A DNA stretch of 64,000 bases from Takakia lepidozioides (lineage: Eukaryota > Plantae > Bryophyta): positions 76,508,001 through 76,572,000 of the forward strand of contig CM060733.1 in NCBI GenBank assembly GCA_030704615.1. The letters run 5' to 3'. The position numbers and the translations under genes were made by a program. Shown piece after piece: positions 13,282-25,141 of this stretch. Numbering within the stretch: position 1 is the stretch's first letter; each line of letters starts with the position of its first letter. The notes below the pieces were generated by a model. That model did no database searches, was not told the origin of the DNA, and saw only the letters and a program-made list of their open reading frames with translations.

Positions 13282-15340
13282 ATGGATATGTCGTTGTTCC
13301 AAACTGGTCAACAAGTTTTCCTCACTCTTCAGGGCTCGAACTCTATCGTCGCAACAGCAGAATGTCTCAACGTGACTGGTTGCGGAAGTTGCCATGGACG
13401 ACAGCTAAATGGGTCCACAATATCTGTTGTTATAGTGTCTTGCAATCCGGCACATTCTTCTGTGTTGTTGCCATATCCGCACATGGATGCGGACTCTTTG
13501 GGAGAAGCAATCGGAACACTTGTCGTTTGGGATGTGGTGCAAATTCAAAAAGATACTGGGACTGACACCAACACCAACAATGAGGTTCCTCGGAGGTCAA
13601 ATTGACATCTGCGGCTGAATACCATCCAAAATTCAATGAACAAATTGAATATGACATGTCAAGGCCGTCTCCGAATAACGATGTTGCTATGGGTAGAGAC
13701 AGTTGGAGAAATAAATTGTGTATTCTCCTTGGAGATGAACAAAGTGCTTTGTACGAGGGCAGAATTCAAGCATGTCATCCTGACGAGGTGATACTTTGTG
13801 AGAAAGTTGGAGAACATCACGTCGGGGTGCTCGTTACAAGGATTTTGAATGGCGGTTCGGCCAATCTCATGTGTCTCGTGAACTGACCATTGACGCAGAC
13901 TCGGTTGATTGATAGTGGCAGGACATTGTCACATGAGCTTCATAGTTTCATCAATAGCCGGGAACAAACAGATATTGGTCACAACGAGAAAGGTGTGAAA
14001 AAAGCAGCATATCGGCATTTCAACAGACCAAAAAAAAAATCCAAAAAAAGACGATTCCAAAAAGATAAATACTCGCCTCTATCTGCAAGCAGTTCGAGAA
14101 GTCAACAGCAAACAATGTTGCAATTTACAGTGTTGTCACTATTTCGACTGGAGAAAAACACTCGCTATCCGGACCGCTTATTAGGGATCCTCTTACAACG
14201 AACGGAGAGAGCTCGGTTTTGATGTTCCCAAAAGACTTCATCGAATCGACGGGGTTTTGACAAAGGCCTACATAACCATTGAGGGCGTTGATGTGTGTGA
14301 GACAGCTTGGTGGACAATTCACAGAATCGGTCGTTCAACCTACATGGAATACAAAAAACTAAGCAGAGAGGGTGTAGTTACATCGTTGCACGGGAATTTC
14401 GGAGTGAAACGGCCCCGTCCACAAACTCGTCAAGCTGAAGGAAACTTAATGTCGATTATAAACGAAAATTCCGATCTCATGCCTCATAAGACCCGCTGTA
14501 TTGGAGACGGACGGAGAGATACTCTTCGAGTTCTGCCACCTGAACTGAACTGGAAAAAAATTCGTGAGGAGTGTAATGAGGTCAGTTCTTCTTATTTTTA
14601 CCACTTTCTGAATTCTATATTTTTTGGGATCTTCCCTGTTTTGCTTCCACGCAATGTATCAGACCTCTCGCTATTAAAGCTCGGGTGATCGCGCGAGGTT
14701 CATTTCCCCTTGTCTGTCTTGCAGGCGAATAAAATATGTGGGTTGAAGCCTATCTCCCAGGCAGCCGTCAGCAGAATCAGACAACGGATTTTTCCCAATG
14801 TCGAGGTTAGAAAAAGTGGTAGCACGTTTGCCAAATGCACAGACTGTGAGATGCTCAAAGACCTAATCAAGAAGTCGGTCAAACGTAGCGATGAGCAGGC
14901 CTCGCACAAGAAAGCACTTGATAAGCACCTCAGGCTTCAGGAGTCTTGCATGAGACTCTATCACAGCTGGAGGAATGAGTCAGCTATGATGCCGTCCGAG
15001 TTCCTCTGCATCATTCATGACAAGATGGATCATCGGAAAACAACTATTCCAAGGTTGCAGACGACGAACAAGATGGTCTCCGGCTTAGGTCAACTTCCAA
15101 TCTCGCTAACTGGCATGGTCACCCACGGCCACGGGGATGGAGCCTACGGACAGTACTCTCTGGACTTCTGGCCGGGAGACCCGAACTTCATGATTGGCTC
15201 TCTAGCAAGATGCCTTCACCAACTAAAGAAGCCCTCTTGCCGCAAAAGTCGTAACATCTTTGACCACCCACCTCAGAATTCTTTTTTCGAATCTCTCATG
15301 AAGGGTAAATCGAGGTGTCTCGACGTCTTGAAACCTTTTG
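13282..15340 (+). pseudogene. DDE transposase (Sola-like / DUF7869-type), 5' part
   Basis: N-terminal transposase-associated beta-barrel-like repeats (CHGRQL...LLPYP...LGEAIGTLVVWD), VCETAWWTIHRI, intron 14581-14724, FAKCTDC zinc motif, IIHDKMD (first catalytic D), GMVTHGHG, WPGDPN. Stops and frameshifts present. Confidence 0.8.
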
Positions 15341-15854
15341 GGGTAGATGCACGGTTGAGCGGACCAAAAGCGGCAGATGCCGATCCACGGGAGTCCACAA
15401 AATTGTGGAAAAGGTGGGCCCTACACGCACTTGTCGCAGCGCCATTGGCCCGATTAAAAAATTTAACTCAAAATGAGTTCCCGCGCGCTGCAGGATGACG
15501 GGTTGAGAACCGCCGGCTGGCGGTTTCAGCCAATCGTGTCCAATAGGAGTGGCCTACGTGACCGGCACCACCGCCTGCCCTGGCCAGACGTATTCCCGCC
15601 TCCTCTGTTTGTTCGTGCACCTGACTTCCCCACACTTCTGCGCAAAGATCTGTGTTATCTGTGAAGACAGGGATGTTGCTGATTGCATGTGAAGTGATAG
15701 ACTAGTTTTTTCAAAGCCATGATGCTCATGTGCAGTTGCAGAGATAAGATAAAGTTAGCTTCAGTACTATTGTAAGAGTGTACACTGCACGTCGCATGAT
15801 CGTTGCTTGGTTATATAGTGTATTTGAGTTGGACATTATTGGGCAGAGAGGAAT

Positions 15855-18800
15855 ATGTCTACAAATACCGCAATGCGGAGTGGCCATTCTTCTGAGAAGG
15901 CATTCATCTTGAGTGCAGGTCAACAGTCTGGTGAGAAAGCAACGATAAAACAACTAGTGAAGGTAGAGCCATGTATTAAGATACAGACTCAGTACGCTGC
16001 ACCTGTGCATGCAACACCGCCTGACATTATTTTTGATGAAAAGAGTGTTGTGAGTCGTGAGCTGTTTGCAAAGAAGTACGGTCTGTGCAATGAAGGCATC
16101 CCTCCGAGAGGTTTGAAGCTAGATAGGATTGTATAGAGGACGAAGTTTACAAGCTCTTTGGACCTGTAGTGAATAAAAATGGGTACAGCTACTTATACAA
16201 TCCGGATGACGCAGAGCTTATAACGAGGTTTGAGGAACTATACATAATAACCCACCAAAGGCGAGTTGTGCCAGCTTCTCGTCTTGCTAACAAAGCGATA
16301 GTTCGAGGTATTGTCTGTGAGAGGAAAAACATGAAAGTGAATTGGGCTATGTTTGCAGAGATTACAAACAAGGAGGCATTGCGCAAAATACAGACCCAAG
16401 AGGCACTTGGAGCCAGAAATCGTAGCTTGTCTCTGGGTGAACCATTGGAGGAAGGCGACATTGAACCTGCAGAGCTTCCACCACTATCAAGCGTCCATGC
16501 AACAAAAGACAGAGCCACTACATTTCAGTTGAGACCAGACGTCCCTTCCAAAATGGAAGACTTCGTCAGAGGGAATGTCGAGGGCACTGAGCAATGGCGA
16601 GATCTTCTGTCTTCTTTGGACACAGAGCTAAAATTGTCCTGGGAGTCTCTTGAAAGGTTCAAAATGGCAAGAGAGAAGTCTCAAGAAGATTTGATCAGAG
16701 TCAACTCTAAAATGCAAGATCGTCAAGAGTTACTTTCGAATGCAAACTTAAAGCTCGACTTGCTACTTAAGGAGCATGAGGCTGAAACCCTGAAGACGAG
16801 CGCATTTCCTTGTACTGGCAGTGAGACAGAAGAACAAGTTTCATGTCGTAGTACGGTGGAAAACCTGCATTGAAGGATTGAGTCCCAGAAGGGTATAGTT
16901 GAACACTTCAAGAACTCATGGGGGAGCGGGAAACCGAGCATGTTAGCATCTTGGAGAGGGCCCAGTTGGATGAAGAAGCGTGGTGTACAGCTGATGCTCG
17001 CTACCAAGTTTGCCAGAGACAGAGAGCGGCCGTTGCTCATCAACTTTGTCAAGTTATTTTACCACTAGTGTGAAGTTTGCTAGAAAATAGCTAGATTTCA
17101 TATATTGATATTTGAGATTGACCCAAGTGTCAATCCAGGGGCCAATACATGTTTGGGCACTTGGCATTGTTATCTACACGGCAGATCGCGGTGGGCTCAT
17201 CTTTCTCGAGTTGAGCCTCACCGCGTCTAGCTATGGCGCCGTAGTGTGGATTCCCCATGGCGTGGGGTGCACTTGACTCGACTTAATATATGAGTGATGT
17301 TTTCATGTGCAAGTGTGTGAGTTTGAGAGAGCTTGTATGCTTGTATCATTCCTTTTATCTATCACTCGAGAAAGATCAGCTCGAGTCTGTGAGTGCGAGG
17401 TTTGAGTTATTTTGTAGCACTTGTGTTTTCATGAGAAGCGGTTCAGCCTTGAGTGCAGGGATCCGTGCGTGAGCCTATCCAAAGCGGATAGAGTGCAAAG
17501 GCGAACAGGTTGTAGGTTTACAATGGATAGAGAGGCGGGTAGCCTATGTTGAAGAGCGGCGTTGCATAGCTCAACGCTATGGCAACCAAGTTTGGGCTTC
17601 TAGTGTGAAGCGGAGGAGCTGCTGGCCATGAGTGGGCGAACTAGTGGTCGTCTTCTTCAGTTGCAGGCCGAGTTAAGGAACTGCAGGAATGTGGGTTGCG
17701 CATGGGAAGCTAGCATGTTGCAGGTTGGAGATGATATGATCAGCTCCAAATATCTCTGCCCAAAACTAGTTGTTGCGGGTAGATGAGGAGCAGCCGAATG
17801 GTGGAGCTGCGAGGGGATGCATCGTAGGCCGTTGGGAGCTTCAGCTCCAAGCTCATGAAGAGGTATGAGTGAAGAGAGGGGGCCGGTCCCTCTTGTGTGC
17901 AAATCAGTGCACTTGTGAAGCATGTGCTGAGTTGGAGTTTCAATCTGAAACTCAGCAGTGTAAGGGCTCTTGGAGTGGCAAGAGCGGGGCTGGAAGGGCA
18001 GCAACGAGGCGCCCTAGAGCCAAGGGAGATGCATGAGAAGTGCAGGTGCACGAAGTTTGTAAAGGTGTGTATTTTCAGATTTGTTTTTGTGAGCTTCATG
18101 AAGCAAAGGGAGCTTGTTGGGCAGCATATAACTTGCTTGTTGAGTTGGAGGCACTTCTACTGGGCCGTGAGAGCTTAGGAGTGCAGGGCGACGGGGCTGA
18201 TGGCTCCGCAGAAGCCATAGCTCGTCGGCAGCAGGTACTGGAGCAAACCCTAGCTCGGGAACGTGTGGGAACGCCCCGGGAACTCATGGGAACTCGTTGG
18301 GAATTCCAGGGAACGCAGGGAATAGTGGCCGTGATGGGCCGTTGGGGCGGTATCACGAGATACCACGAGCCCAGGTCGTGATGGTTGACCGTGACCGTTG
18401 GAAGTCGTGGTGCGGACACAACGGGTGGGCACGGTGACCAGATCGTGGGGATGGCGAGCCGAGAAGGCTTGTGGGAGTGGTACCACGGGGTATCACTGGG
18501 CAGCCCGTGGCCAACGAGTGCCTAGGGCGGGCCGTGAGGAGTAGTGGCGGTTGGAGCCACGGAAGGCCGCGAAGAGGCAGAGTGGGGAAAAAAAAAAAAA
18601 AAAAAAACTTTTTTCACTTGTTTCGTGGGACCTTGACGGGGAGGCTGGGCTTTGAAGAACAACGGTGCTGGGCTAGCTGATCCGGCAGAAAAGTCGGAAT
18701 TGCCTCCTTGTTGCATTTTAACAAAGGGGATTACTTCCCTGCAGGTAATCTTTCCGGGTTTTCAGCCCAGTTCTTAAGTATGGGGGAGACCAGCCTGCAG

Positions 18801-20828
18801 GTAATTCCTTTGGACAGAATGTTGTCGGGGCCTATATGTACCTCTATTTGCTCCATTTTTGAATCTTCAGCGAATGGTGTGGTTTCCTAAGGTGGTTCCA
18901 TTCTGAGGAATGGCTGGTGGACGTAAGGAGGCACTGGCGGACCCTGTGGAGGCTTGCATGGGGCCTTGGAGGCCAAGTTTCACGAGCTCGTGGAGGGCGG
19001 TTTGAGGAGTGTCTACAGGATGCTCTCATGGTCATGCAAGTGAGAGAAGAGAGGAAAAAAGAGTGTGTTGGGATGAGAGCGTGCTGGGGATAGGCATTGC
19101 TTTAGTTTCCCTTCCTCGTAGCTTTCCACCTTCTCTGTAGGCCGAGACCTTTCCGTAGGTGGAGGCAAGAGTCAGTCTAGGTGTGGGCTGGGTTGCAGGA
19201 GCGACACTGTGCAGTTGTTTTTGGTGTGGGGGAGTTGTTGTTTTCATTCTTGTATTTGGATCCCCTCCACACCTGCATGCTTGATTGTGCGCCATGCTAG
19301 TTTTGTGTGGGCGCTTGATTTTATAGGTGGTTGACTCGGGCTTGATCGCCGATCCAACCCTAGAGCATGCTGTCGATGGTGAGGCTGGGTTGATGACCAG
19401 TCAGACCATCTTTGTTTCTCCTATGGTGAGGTTGGAGGTGATGACCAGCCAACCATAGGAGTGCCTGCGGTGGATGCAGGTGCAGGTGCATGCTATGTTA
19501 GGAACCTAGTATTCCAAACCATAAGCCGCATCAGGTTCTCTACCCGGTTACTGTGTGGAGAGGGGGTTAGAGACAGGTTCATGACCGGTTGAGTGCCAGT
19601 TTGTCAACATGGAGGTGCCACTAGTTGCTGGGGAAAGTGTCGGTACGAGCACTAGCGATACAAGCGGGTATCACTAGTGGTGGCTAGTGGCAGCCTAGTG
19701 TTGGACTAGTGGCTGCACTAGTGGTGGACTAGTAGTTTCACTAGTGGCAGCCTAGTGGTTGCACTAGTGGCAGGACTAGCAGTGCACTAGTGGTGGACTA
19801 GTTATAGACTAGTGTTTGGTGTGCACATGTGTTGTGTGGTTTTGGACAGCGATGTAGTTGTGTAGCGATATGTATGCGCACAGTCAAGTTATTTTACCAC
19901 TAGTGTGAAATTAGCTAGGAAATAGCTAGTTTTCATATATTGACATTTGGGATTGACCCAAGTATCAATCCAGGGGCCAATACATGTTTGGGCACCTGGC
20001 GTTGTTATCTTTACGGCAGATCGCGGTGGGCTCATCTTTCTCGAGTTGAGCCTCACCGCGTCTAGCTATGGCGCGTAGTGTGGATTCCCTATGGCGTGGG
20101 GTGCACTTGGCTCAACTTAATATATGAGTGATGTTTTCATGTGTAAGTGTGTGAGTTTGAGAGAGCTTGTATGCTTGTATCATTCATTTTCTCTATCATT
20201 GTGATGGGCTAGTGGCTGCACTAGTGGTGGCTAGTGGCAGCCTAATGTTGGACTAGTGGTTGCACTAATGGCAGGACTAGCGGTGCATTAGTGGTGGACT
20301 AGTTATAGACTAGTGTTTGGTGTGCACATGTGTTGTGTGGTTTTGGACAGCGATGTAGTTGTGTAGCGATATGTATGCACACAACAGCTTCATGTTATGG
20401 AGCGTGGCCACAATCGGCCTTCATTCAAACCCTCCCCAGTGTCGAATCTCATTGTTCAATCTCTTGACTTGAAAACTTGAGAATTTCTAACGATTTCGAG
20501 TTGTGTTTTCTGTGGTAAAGGGTTTCAGCCTGTATGGGACTGTATGGTGGTTTCGTGCACTCATGCGTACCATGCATGGTGTGCTGTAGCTCATTTCTCC
20601 TCATCAACAACCTGTTTACACAAAGATTGCGGGCAGGAGATGCATAATGATTGGTGGACGAGTGTTGGCATCAAAAAACCATCAACTCGAACCTGTGATG
20701 CAGTTCATGTTGCTGGCCATTCGGAATATGAAACTCCCAACAAACATGAGGAGCAAGGCCAAGCGTTCAAAGGCAAGCCCAAAACCATCCTTATTCATTT
20801 CACTCCATTTTCTATGCCTTTGTACTGA
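15855..20828 (+). pseudogene. Coiled-coil plus C-terminal RING-finger gene, interrupted by the 17047-20381 element
   Basis: ORFs 15855-16136 and 16169-16873 (coiled coil), then ...QRAAVAHQL|QQLHVMERGH... across the insertion, then CVFCGKGF...SCTHAYHAWC...TCLHKDC (RING-H2-like). Several in-frame stops. Confidence 0.65.
17047..20381 (+). mobile_element. Non-autonomous split-direct-repeat element (A1-internal-B1-A2-B2; Ngaro/PAT-type DIRS-like)
   Basis: A1 about 17048-17364 matches A2 about 19883-20198. B1 about 19674-19882 matches B2 about 20209-20381 (CTAGTGG-rich). No TSD, and removal restores the host reading frame. No RT or recombinase ORF recognised. Confidence 0.72.
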
Positions 20829-21490
20829 GCCCAGAATCTTCGCTCGTTTTCTCGAGATAAGTCCCATCGTCTTCCTTAACAATATGGGGTTCCAATGATG
20901 TAGTCTTTGGCTCCAAGGCTCTGCATCCATATGCACCCCATTTGTCCAATGTCATCCATAGAATCAATTGGAATTCCACCATAGTACTTGAGCTCCCCAA
21001 TGTTACACATGTAGTGTTCAATGCATGACAGATGGAGTCCTTTGTCAACCCTTCACTTCATTTTGTTTCCTGAAATGCACATGTTCTCTCCATGTCTCTT
21101 CTATCAGTCTTCCCACGTATTCACTACACTCCCTGTCAATACTTCACTCCATTTTGTTTCCTCGAATTCACATGATTTTGTCCATGACCATGGTGCTAGT
21201 CTTTCCAAATATTCACTTCACTTCACTCTCCACCCTTGTTTTCCATTCATTTCCTGGAATGCACTCTGTTTGTCCATGTCATTGTCTGAAGTTTCCATAG
21301 TATGGATTAACTCCATGTTCATCCAGGGTTGTCATCTCTTACTTCTTAGAGAGTCCACAAGTTGCCTAGGAGAGTCCATTCTTACTCCATATATGTTCAC
21401 TAGAATATATATTTGGAGTCCATGGCTACTATCTATTCATATGTCATGAACTGACACCTTCTCACTACATTGTGATGTCATGACTGTTGG

Positions 21491-22096
21491 GTGGGAGTAG
21501 CCCCAACCCGCACTTCAATATCAGTTTCACACAAGAGCCGTATTTCTCGCATGCATTCCCGTGTTGGAGCATCTTTGCTTAGCCCATCCGTGGCCAGCAT
21601 TGACATGGCTGCCACATTGAAGCAACCAGAGGCTAATGGGCTGCATGAGGTGACCTCTCCAAATTCTAAGCTATACAATCACAAGGCACAATTGGAAGTT
21701 GGTCTACGTCATCACATGGAACAACATACAGGACTCGACACTGTTCTGAAAGCAGATGTTGCGGCTATGATCACCCCTGGTACATCCCAACAGAAAATGG
21801 TAAAGAAACAATTGAGCATGGCTGACAATGACTTGCAGAATTTGGACACTACTGACCCCTACTCTCATTCCGATACCAGCAATGGTATTGCGGCCCTGGA
21901 TGCTACTATGCAAGATGATGCATTATCCCCAACACCTGTGTTGAGAAAGTCCAACAAACAGGTTGCCATTGAAAACCATGAGGGACTTTCCCCTAGAAAG
22001 AAGCCTAGAAAACCTATTGTTCCTGTGAATCAACGTCGGTCTACAGCAAAGAACACCAGGGCTGCAGGATTGAAGACACGACAGACGCACAAGTAG
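21491..22096 (+). CDS. Uncharacterised low-complexity basic ORF
   Basis: 201-aa open frame with an NLS-like end (SPRKKPRK). No recognisable domain. Confidence 0.25.
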   Translation: MGVAPTRTSISVSHKSRISRMHSRVGASLLSPSVASIDMAATLKQPEANGLHEVTSPNSKLYNHKAQLEVGLRHHMEQHTGLDTVLKADVAAMITPGTSQQKMVKKQLSMADNDLQNLDTTDPYSHSDTSNGIAALDATMQDDALSPTPVLRKSNKQVAIENHEGLSPRKKPRKPIVPVNQRRSTAKNTRAAGLKTRQTHK

Positions 22097-22968
22097 TCAA
22101 CCCTGGTGAGGTATGCAGCTCTTGTTCCCAGCTATTTGGTATTTGCATTATATTCAGATTGTTATGGTAGCACACCGTAATCTTTACCAATCTGCAGGAT
22201 GCTACTCTATGAAACAAAGTAGCTACATAGATCATGAATGTACCCAGACACTCACATCTTTCTAGTACCACATCTACAGGCGCATAACCTGCTTCCTTCA
22301 TCTGCCAGACAATCTTCTCAGCTCAGCAGGGACTTATTCAATTTTGCAATGTTGATTGTCATGGGAGCACGTTCTAATCTGTCCCAATCTGCAGGATACT
22401 ACTCTATGAGTATATCGATGTGAGCAGTATGGAGCAGTGGCTGCATGGACATATGGCATAGTCTAGTACAGTGACACTGGAGCACAGTCTGAGCTGTCTG
22501 AGGTGAAGTTTTGTACAAGTTATTGCACAAGTTTTGTTGTGAGTTCAATAGAAAGTGACGTTGTAATCATTTGTACTACCCAGCCTCTGGCTATTTTGGA
22601 ATTTGGCAATTTGTCAATGGCAACTTGGAATTCGGTATCTATGGATGTGTCTGAGCTATCTGAGCATGGCCATTAAGGTCAAGGTTTTGGTTTGAATACT
22701 ATAGTGAGTACCCACCCCAAATTGAAGCCATATAATGGGTTGACTCACAGAAAACTGGGAGGCCAGATATCACCTTCAGGTCACTCCACCTTCTGAGCTT
22801 GTATCCTACAATTGCAGTGAGCACTTCCTACTCTCACCTTCTCCCCCTCTTTCCAGCTCCATGCAACCCAGTATAAGCAGGGCCTATGGTCTGAAGAAGA
22901 CACTAGAAAAAACATAGGATAAATCGCAGTCCCCTCCCCTTTTTGTATTAGCTTTCATTTCCATGCAG

Positions 22969-23118
22969 ATTTCAGCTCTCAATCTAGAGTTCCTGGGGAA
23001 TTTTCTATCAGAGCTGACCCTTCTGGAGTGTACCTTCCTGAAATACCTACCTTCTTTAATAGCAGCATCTGCTGTCTTCATGGCTAAGCTCACCCTTGAT
23101 TCCGAATCATGCCCCTGG
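22969..23118 (+). pseudogene. Isolated cyclin (A-type-like) C-terminal-domain exon
   Basis: AG/GT-bounded 150-bp exon encoding ISALNLEFLGNFLSELTLLECTFLKYLPSLIAASAVFMAKLTLDSESCPW. No other cyclin exons recognised. Confidence 0.85.
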
Positions 23119-23289
23119 GTAAGTACACAGAAGCCCTTGTTGAATGAATGCCAAATGTCTTCCCAAGTTAGGAAGTCTGGCGGAGGTATGTGCTGCTGCA
23201 GAAATGTGTCTGTAAAATGTTAAGTGCTATTGTGGCCTTAAGATATCAACAGCAGCGAAGAGAAACGCACCAACTTGTCCACCACCTGT

Positions 23290-24525
23290 CCGTAGGTAGC
23301 TTCTCTTGTGTCAGCTCTGCCAGGCAACACCAAATGTTTTATTATATCAATACCATCCAACATTTCCTCAAAACTTCGCCAGTCAGCTACATCTCCAAAT
23401 GTGACAGAGGACTGGGAAGACCTGAGAGATAAGGCATGACGCTGTGAGTTAGGCTGATGACAAATATTCTCTACTGCCAAATTGGTGTTATACCTATCTG
23501 TACCAGCTGATACATGCAACATCCAAAGTATCCATAGAGGGGTAGATGGCAAACAATTGGCATTTTATTTTCTAAGCTCCTCTCATTGCTCACGTTTAGC
23601 TTGAACAGCTGGCTGAGATGTTGTTTGCCATGAAGGAGGGATGAATAGTTCCCCAGCTAGGAACCTAATGCCAAAAGCAAAACAATTTCAAACTAGACAC
23701 CTCTTATATATGACCATCTTTTCGCCTTCTTTTCCCCTTTATTCTGTTTCAGCTCCAGGGATTGCACGTCCTCTGGCCTTTTATATGCATAACATCTGAA
23801 GAAGAATGAATTCAACAATTGACACACATGAGAAGAAGTGGAAATGTCATCTTCCACTCCAAAGGGCTCTGTAGGGATCATTTGTCTTCTGGTCCCCACA
23901 ATCGGACTGATCTGACATCTATGTGTAGGTGGTATTTTATTTTTGTATTTATAAGGGGTTTCTGGTGTTTTTTAAATGGCTTAGTCAACACACATCTCAG
24001 ACTATTCAGATCATTCTTATCTTTGCAAGCCTTTAACCATACATATTGTGCGATGACCAACCAAGAGTCTCAGCAACTGATGCCGACAAATTGCATCAAA
24101 GTCCAGTCTAGTTAGCTTAGTTATGGATGGGTGCATCCCTACCTGTCCTGTTGAACATATTCAAGTTAACCATGAACAGTTTGAGAACAATAGCATCAGG
24201 GGAGGCCGCCATGAGCTCAAACACCAAAGTGTCAAGGCTCTAAATTTTATAAAAGACAAAATAGTGAGTACACATGACCATGTTCTCAAACACTAGATGT
24301 ACAATACACGCCCTGTTGAATGTCAGGTTCTAATGTAGGGGACTCTGTATCGATAGTCCGTGAACCATTTCTTACATGAATCACGCTACATCCGAGCCAT
24401 TTGCTGCCACATTGCTTGTCACTCAGCTTAAATGTTCCTCCATGCCTTCTTCTCTCTCCCAGCAAATAAAGAAGAGCAAGATCTTGTGCGCATTCATCGT
24501 GTCTCTTGTCAATCCTAACTGTGAT
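23290..24525 (-). pseudogene. Series of AG/GT-bounded exon-like segments of an unidentified host gene
   Basis: Open segments such as VRIDKRHDECAQDLALLYLLGE..., SLDTLVFELMAASPDAIVLKLFMVNLNMFNRT and SSQSSVTFGDVADWRSFEEMLDG..., each with splice-like borders. Confidence 0.35.
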
Positions 24526-24634
24526 CAGAATTTGATCCTTAGATTACACAATCCCCCCATTCAAGGTTTGTATATCACGACATTTGATTTCATAAAAAAT
24601 GAACCAAAAGAAAAAAGCGAGGCCCGAGTTTATT

Positions 24635-25135
24635 TAATAGTAAAGTAGAGAGATTCACAAAAAGATAAAACTATATGCTACTACTACTATCGAGGGGAAG
24701 GGCGGGCAAGGGGTTCGACCCCCAGTCCTATGGGGACCCGCATCTGTCCTAACCATTACACCATCGATACCAATTCAATAGAAATGTGTCATGTTGATTA
24801 GTTAATAGCAAAGTAGAGAGATTCCCAAGAAAAAAAAAAAACTAAGTACTATTTTTGAGGGGAATGATGGGCAGGGGGATTCGACCCCCAAACCAGTGGG
24901 ATCCCAACAACTGTCCTAACATTTACACTATCAATACCAACTCAAAATGATTGTGTCATGTTAATTAGTTAATAGCAAAGTAGAGAGATTCCCAAGGAAA
25001 AAAAAAACTAAGTACTACTTTTGAGGGGGGAGGAGGGGCAGGGGGATGCTACCCCCAGCCCTTGGCAGCCCCAGTGACTTTCCTAACCATTACACTACCA
25101 ATTCCAATTCAAGAATGTGTCATGTTATTTATTTA
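24635..25135 (-). repeat. Three tandem tRNA-derived (SINE-head-like) units, about 168 bp each
   Basis: AAGTAGAGAGATTC recurs at about 24643, 24811 and 24978. The minus strand shows an A-box-like TRGTGTAATGGTTAGGA, a B-box-like GGGGTCGAAYCCCC and a T-run. Confidence 0.65.
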
Positions 25136-25141
25136 AAATCA

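Larger units (their letters stand above)
666..14700. promoter_or_regulatory. Dispersed palindromic motif, consensus CACGCGCGATCGCGCG(TG/AGG), about 20 copies
   Basis: Copies near 667, 1740, 3780, 4817, 6541, 6630, 6717, 8904, 9094, 9421, 9861, 10108, 10535, 10768, 10878, 11031, 12915, 13117, 13260 and 14680. Best copy is the 24-bp palindrome AAGCACGCGCGATCGCGCGTGCTT. Regulatory function is inferred only. Confidence 0.7.

Noticed and set aside
18725-18810. CCTGCAGGTAAT motifs shared with the MULE central array
   Set aside because: Only two short copies, too little to claim a relationship.
17047-20381. Conventional LTR retrotransposon or TRIM (TG...CA ends)
   Set aside because: The repeats are arranged A...B-A-B rather than as two equal LTRs, with no TSD and no PBS recognised.
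24635-25135. Functional tRNA genes
   Set aside because: A/B boxes are present, but no consistent acceptor stem or anticodon arm could be built and the units diverge. Treated as tRNA-derived repeats.
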